Below are positions 51,669 through 55,549 of a DNA stretch of 55,549 nt, piece after piece. Under the pieces are notes generated by a model. It was not told where the DNA came from and did no database searches. It saw only the letters and a list, made by a program, of their open reading frames with translations. A program made the position numbers and the translations under genes. Each line of letters starts with the position of its first letter. Positions within the stretch are counted from its first letter, which is position 1. The stretch is from a virus (taxonomy: Duplodnaviria > Caudoviricetes). Where the stretch lies: IMG/VR virus record IMGVR_UViG_3300028138_000005, positions 1-55,549 of that record; one strand, written 5' to 3'.

Positions 51669-52960
51669 TTGTCGAGCAAGGTGTAAATGCCGCCCGTGAC
51701 GTCCTCGGCGCCTTTCATTCTGAATAAAGCAGCGAGCGTGTGAGACCAGAAAAAGTCCGAACCGAGAACCAAGTCTGGAATTTCCGGAAGCGCCTTTTTC
51801 CAAAACTCCCGTTTAGCAAAAAAGAGGTCCGCGACCGGCATAAAGGTTCGCTCCTCACCATTCTCCTGAATCCGATAGGCGTAGGCGGCTTGTTTGGTGG
51901 TGAGCAGCTCGGTTGCCCCAGGCATAAAACGGGTGGTTGGACGCGTGAGGCAGATCCAGTCATTGGCATTGGCCTTCTGAATCGCCATCCGGAGCGAGTC
52001 ACGTAGAAAAGGCAGGCGCCGCGGATCCTTGAGCATCATGGCGCTATCCCGGCCGCACGCGCCGACCGTGATTGGCAACGGGCGCCACCAGTCAGCCGGC
52101 CGATCACACTTGGCCCCGTCGTACGCGTTCCAAAAGTGGATCACTTCTTTGCCGTCCCATTTCTTGATCCGGAAACGGGCGCCCTCCCGTATGGCCTCCA
52201 CCATCTCCACAGCTCGCAACGGGAAGTCTTTATACCGGCAGTACCAATAGTGATTAGGGCGCCAGCTCGAGCCGTTCCACAGCAAAGGCGAGTCATTGGC
52301 CAGGGCCAGGACCGGCAGCCTGGGGGCGGCCTGGGCCAGTTGCAAAGGGGCTGAGTCGATGGCGACCAGACAGAGCGCCCGCTCATAGATGCCCAGGAGG
52401 TCATAAATGCGATTGGCGTGAATCCCGCCCAGGTTGATCACCGGATAGCCGCAGTGTTTGAGCAGCTCGAGCGCCAGGGCCTTGTACGGGAAGGGCGAGG
52501 AGTGTCCGTCCAGCGCGGCCAGGACATACCGCTTTCCTGGCATGATATGGGCCTTATAGAGTGCCTCCTCTGCGTCCCAGTTCCGCTGATCAAACTCGAG
52601 GGGGTAGCATTCATCCCACTCATTCAGCCGGCCGGCCACCTTCCACATTTCTTTCTGAAAGGAGGTTGTCTTGGCCGCTTCCTGGCCGGCCCTTTTGTAA
52701 ACAAACTCGGCCACTCCCTCCTTGGGACCGTTGACCTGGGTGCAGACCCAATCCCGCTTCTCTGCCTCGCACTGGGCCACTGCGTTGCCGATCTCGTAGT
52801 GCGGCCCTTTGTAAATGACCGGTTCGACATAGGACACCCCATCGAGGAGGCCGGCATACTCCTCGGCGACCATCAGAGCGCATTTCTCTTCTGCGTTTTT
52901 GAGCAGGGGCAGGAGGGTCATAATGTCGCCCGCCCTGCCCAGTTGAATGTAAGTTTTCAT
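51665..52960 (-). CDS. GT9-like (GT-B) glycosyltransferase fused to a second, degenerate GT-A-like domain
   Basis: LGRAGDIMTLLP and LVAIDSAPLQLA GT9 motifs; C-domain RLPFLRD...ICLT...DLFF...LG..FW. Confidence 0.7.
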   Translation of the reverse strand: MKTYIQLGRAGDIMTLLPLLKNAEEKCALMVAEEYAGLLDGVSYVEPVIYKGPHYEIGNAVAQCEAEKRDWVCTQVNGPKEGVAEFVYKRAGQEAAKTTSFQKEMWKVAGRLNEWDECYPLEFDQRNWDAEEALYKAHIMPGKRYVLAALDGHSSPFPYKALALELLKHCGYPVINLGGIHANRIYDLLGIYERALCLVAIDSAPLQLAQAAPRLPVLALANDSPLLWNGSSWRPNHYWYCRYKDFPLRAVEMVEAIREGARFRIKKWDGKEVIHFWNAYDGAKCDRPADWWRPLPITVGACGRDSAMMLKDPRRLPFLRDSLRMAIQKANANDWICLTRPTTRFMPGATELLTTKQAAYAYRIQENGEERTFMPVADLFFAKREFWKKALPEIPDLVLGSDFFWSHTLAALFRMKGAEDVTGGIYTLLDK

Positions 52961-53205
52961 GCCGGGGCAAAGGTCACGATCAGTTTGTTGCGGTGAAAGT
53001 TGTTCAACTCGATCATGTGCCCCTCCTCCATGCTGGGCCATTCGAAGCGCGTTTCGGGGACTTCCACACTCTTGATCTTCATCTGGTATTCCACGCAGTA
53101 ATTAACCAGCTCCTGAAGGCCCTCGGCAAAATCCGTGGCATTGTTTATTACAACCAAAATGCGCGACTCAACCCCGGGCGGGATCTCCTCAATTAGAGGT
53201 TTCAT
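52957..53205 (-). CDS. Hypothetical protein
   Basis: ATGA-coupled on both sides. Confidence 0.6.
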   Translation of the reverse strand: MKPLIEEIPPGVESRILVVINNATDFAEGLQELVNYCVEYQMKIKSVEVPETRFEWPSMEEGHMIELNNFHRNKLIVTFAPA

Positions 53206-53687
53206 TGCCGTTGGGGCTCAGGCATCCGTACAAAGTCCAGAGTGGTCCTGCCCTTTCGGTATGGCGCAAGGTGAGTCAGCAGGCGCTTAAAGTCTGAGGC
53301 GATCGAGATACTCTTGAACCGGAACTCATCCGACTCGCACTGGTGACACACGACTAAATGACGGTTTTGGAAGTCATCCAGGCACGTGAAACAGAACTCG
53401 AGCAGCTCGCGCATGGGGACAATCTGCGCCTCGGCCTTGCCGAGATTTTCCCACACGTTGGCTTTCTCGCGCTCGAGCTGGGCGATCTTCTTCTGGAACT
53501 CGGTCCCGGCGTTGTAGGCGGTTTCAACGCTCTTTAGCAGCCGGTCAACCTCAACCTTTTTGCTATCCAGTAGGGCGCGAACCTCCTCGAGGGTGCGATC
53601 CTGTAAGGCTAATCGCTCCTTGAGCTTTTCAATTCGCTTCTGCAGCAGGGGGGGTGTCAGACGGGTTTTCTTGCGGGGTTTGTTCAT
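53202..53687 (-). CDS. Coiled-coil hypothetical protein
   Basis: Long heptad region, CHQC. Confidence 0.6.
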   Translation of the reverse strand: MNKPRKKTRLTPPLLQKRIEKLKERLALQDRTLEEVRALLDSKKVEVDRLLKSVETAYNAGTEFQKKIAQLEREKANVWENLGKAEAQIVPMRELLEFCFTCLDDFQNRHLVVCHQCESDEFRFKSISIASDFKRLLTHLAPYRKGRTTLDFVRMPEPQRQ

Positions 53688-53931
53688 TGTTTGCAGGGGG
53701 TTCGACTACGGTTAATTGCGGGCCGGATGACTCGTCCAGGGCCGCGCAGAGGTCATCAGCCATCCGGATCGCGACTCCAAACTCGCACTGAATCTGCATG
53801 GTAGGCGGCCCGCCCTTATCCCTGGGCACGGCGACCTTGCCTGGGGCTACCTGTTTCACATGCATCAGCTTCAGGGCGAACTCCAGGGCGAAGAATGATC
53901 TTCTGTCGATATTTGTTGGAAGTGGCGTCAT
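53629..53931 (-). CDS. Hypothetical protein
   Basis: DRRSFFA...AIRMADDLCAALD motif. Confidence 0.6.
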   Translation of the reverse strand: MTPLPTNIDRRSFFALEFALKLMHVKQVAPGKVAVPRDKGGPPTMQIQCEFGVAIRMADDLCAALDESSGPQLTVVEPPANNEQTPQENPSDTPPAAEAN

Positions 53932-54118
53932 TTAGTTCAGTTGCGCGTTTAGCTATTTCTACTCTTACGATTTCTGTCGGCGTGTTCAGGCCCCACTCCC
54001 AGGCCTCATAGGTTCGGAGTGGGACACGCAGAAGGCTTGCAGCCTCTTTTTTATAGAGCTTTCGGGCTTTTCTCCACGTGCGGAGAAACGTGCTGAATGA
54101 TGTCCCATCAAAGCTCAT
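53816..54118 (-). CDS. XRE-family helix-turn-helix regulator
   Basis: LRTWRKARKLYKKEAASLLRVPLRTYEAWEWGLNTP; divergent from MCP. Confidence 0.8.
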   Translation of the reverse strand: MSFDGTSFSTFLRTWRKARKLYKKEAASLLRVPLRTYEAWEWGLNTPTEIVRVEIAKRATELNDATSNKYRQKIILRPGVRPEADACETGSPRQGRRAQG

Positions 54119-54139
54119 TGGCGGGGGGTTTACCACGAG

Positions 54140-54365
54140 GCACCACGGAGATCTAGGGTTTTCTTTTATTGGGCTCTCTACCCCTTGGGGGTATCTGTCG
54201 CCCCGGGTAGAGACATAAAGGGTTCACCCGCCCATCAGCCGTAACGCTGCTCGACTGACAGCCAGAGCGAAAGCCTGACCCTGGCGCACCTACCGAGCCC
54301 CGCCGCCTCGGAAGTTCCAAAAACCAATAAAAGCGCGCTTAACCGCGCAAAAACAGAACAGTCCT
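54140..54365 (+). promoter_or_regulatory. Divergent control region and structured MCP leader
   Basis: Several consecutive hairpins, two with GNRA loops, before the ATG at 54366. Confidence 0.45.
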
Positions 54366-55549
54366 ATGCCACTTACAACGGCTCAATGCCAGCAGTTCAA
54401 TGATTTCCTCGGGCGCCGTCCCTACGACTGGGACAAGCGGATCAGCAAAGACCGCAAGCCCAACTCTTATATCTATACGGGCATGTATCGCACTGAGACA
54501 TGGCCGAATTTCACTGGGACCACTCACTTGCATGAGCGCGTCTATGTCACCCGTCCCAACGATCCCGGCCTCTGGACCCAGTTCACGGCCGATCCCTGTG
54601 TGGGAACTCCTTGCGACACTCCTCGCCAGTACGTGGGCCATGGTGTGGATCAGCTCCGTTACGACCGGTATCGCCGGGAGTATCAAACCCCGGTTTTCTG
54701 TTTGGACCAGCTCGACACGATCGAGGAAGGCATCGCCAAGATGGCCGCGATCGCCGAGGGCTACAAAGAGTTGCCTGAATCGATTTGCTCCGACTTCCTT
54801 CGCCTGTTGACCCTCCGCAAGGCGGGCACCCAGGCCCAGGGCGCGGGTCTGTTCCTGGCAGGTCTGCAGGACTCCCAGGGCAACCCCGTTTCCATCGACA
54901 TTGCCGACAACATGTTTGCCGTCAACGTCACGGGCGGCGCCGGCGTCACGCAAAACTCCCTGTTTATTAACCTCAACGCCAACGGCGCTCTTTCAGCCCT
55001 TGGCTATGGCACTACGGCGCTGATCTCGGCGGCCCTGGGCCAGCTCTCCATGGAATACCTGAATAACATTCAGGAGGACTTGGCGGCCAACGGTTATCAC
55101 GACAAGGATTGGCTCGTGGACGGCAAATTCTCGATCACGGTGGACGCGACCACGCGGCGCCGGCTCTTGGTTGCCAACCCTGCCCTTACTCAGATGTACT
55201 CGGCGGCTGACTTCGCCAAAGGCGGCGCCTTCTACAGCTACGGTGTCACCCAGGGTTGCGGTGACTGGCTGTTTAAAGAGGACAAGGCCCAGATGCGTTT
55301 CCGCTTCCGCGGGGACATGGACGGCAAGGATCTCGCCGGCAACGCGCTCACGGGCTCGGTGTGGGTCCAGCAAGTCTGGCCGTTTGAAAACGTGGCGGCC
55401 ACCTTCGGCCTGAAGCCGGTTTACTCCACTGCCTGGAAGAACGCCCCGATCCGGATGTACCACTGTTACAACCGGGACGCTCGGATCGTTTATTGCGGTG
55501 ACGTAACCTCGGTCAATGATGACATGAAGTTTGGTCTGTCCCGTTCTTT
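54366..55549 (+). CDS. Major capsid protein, N-terminal part (absent from the ORF track; continues at 1-462)
   Basis: Open frame from ATG 54366 (MPLTTAQCQQFNDFLGRRPYDWDKRI...) to the window end, in frame with position 1. Confidence 0.8.
   Translation, partial: MPLTTAQCQQFNDFLGRRPYDWDKRISKDRKPNSYIYTGMYRTETWPNFTGTTHLHERVYVTRPNDPGLWTQFTADPCVGTPCDTPRQYVGHGVDQLRYDRYRREYQTPVFCLDQLDTIEEGIAKMAAIAEGYKELPESICSDFLRLLTLRKAGTQAQGAGLFLAGLQDSQGNPVSIDIADNMFAVNVTGGAGVTQNSLFINLNANGALSALGYGTTALISAALGQLSMEYLNNIQEDLAANGYHDKDWLVDGKFSITVDATTRRRLLVANPALTQMYSAADFAKGGAFYSYGVTQGCGDWLFKEDKAQMRFRFRGDMDGKDLAGNALTGSVWVQQVWPFENVAATFGLKPVYSTAWKNAPIRMYHCYNRDARIVYCGDVTSVNDDMKFGLSRS
55413..55549. repeat. Terminal redundancy, right copy
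   Basis: Matches 1-137. Confidence 0.95.

Noticed and set aside
55539-55549. Three mismatches between the terminal repeat copies as possible MCP variation, or the repeat as a biological DTR
   Set aside because: All lie in the last 11 nt of the contig and the repeat falls mid-gene; best explained as assembly overlap with a low-quality end.
1-55549. Stop-codon reassignment or a temperate (integrase/ParAB) module
   Set aside because: Genes tile densely under the standard code with all three stops used; no recombinase or partition motifs seen.

Overview
The window is a complete, circularly permuted dsDNA tailed-phage genome of about 55.4 kb. Bases 1-137 recur at 55413-55549, and the major capsid gene is split across the join. 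The architecture is podovirus-like: TerL, portal, scaffold, MCP, adaptor/nozzle and three ejection-type proteins, with no tape measure. I found no integrase, DNA polymerase, primase, helicase or recognisable endolysin. Exported-protein signatures suggest a Verrucomicrobiota host (inference). Accessory content includes a Tad1-family anti-defence sponge, Lar, a minimal PolX, MazG-like and HAD enzymes, a nuclease/annealase/RusA recombination set, an ATP-grasp ligase paired with a zincin-like protein behind the portal, a glycosyltransferase/methyltransferase/glycosidase locus, and about nine free-standing homing endonuclease genes or remnants. Most interesting lead: three unrelated late proteins (the scaffold, a HAD phosphatase and the protein after MCP) share a terminal S-W-E-[ED]-x-[AF]-R-[KE]-x-[ML] helix, which may be a capsid cargo-loading tag. 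Other leads are genome-wide CTCGAG enrichment with a 5.6 kb gap around a sharp C-to-G skew switch, a candidate pseudoknotted ncRNA, and repeated TGCAATGCAG start cassettes. All product calls come from motif recognition by eye; no database searches were run.
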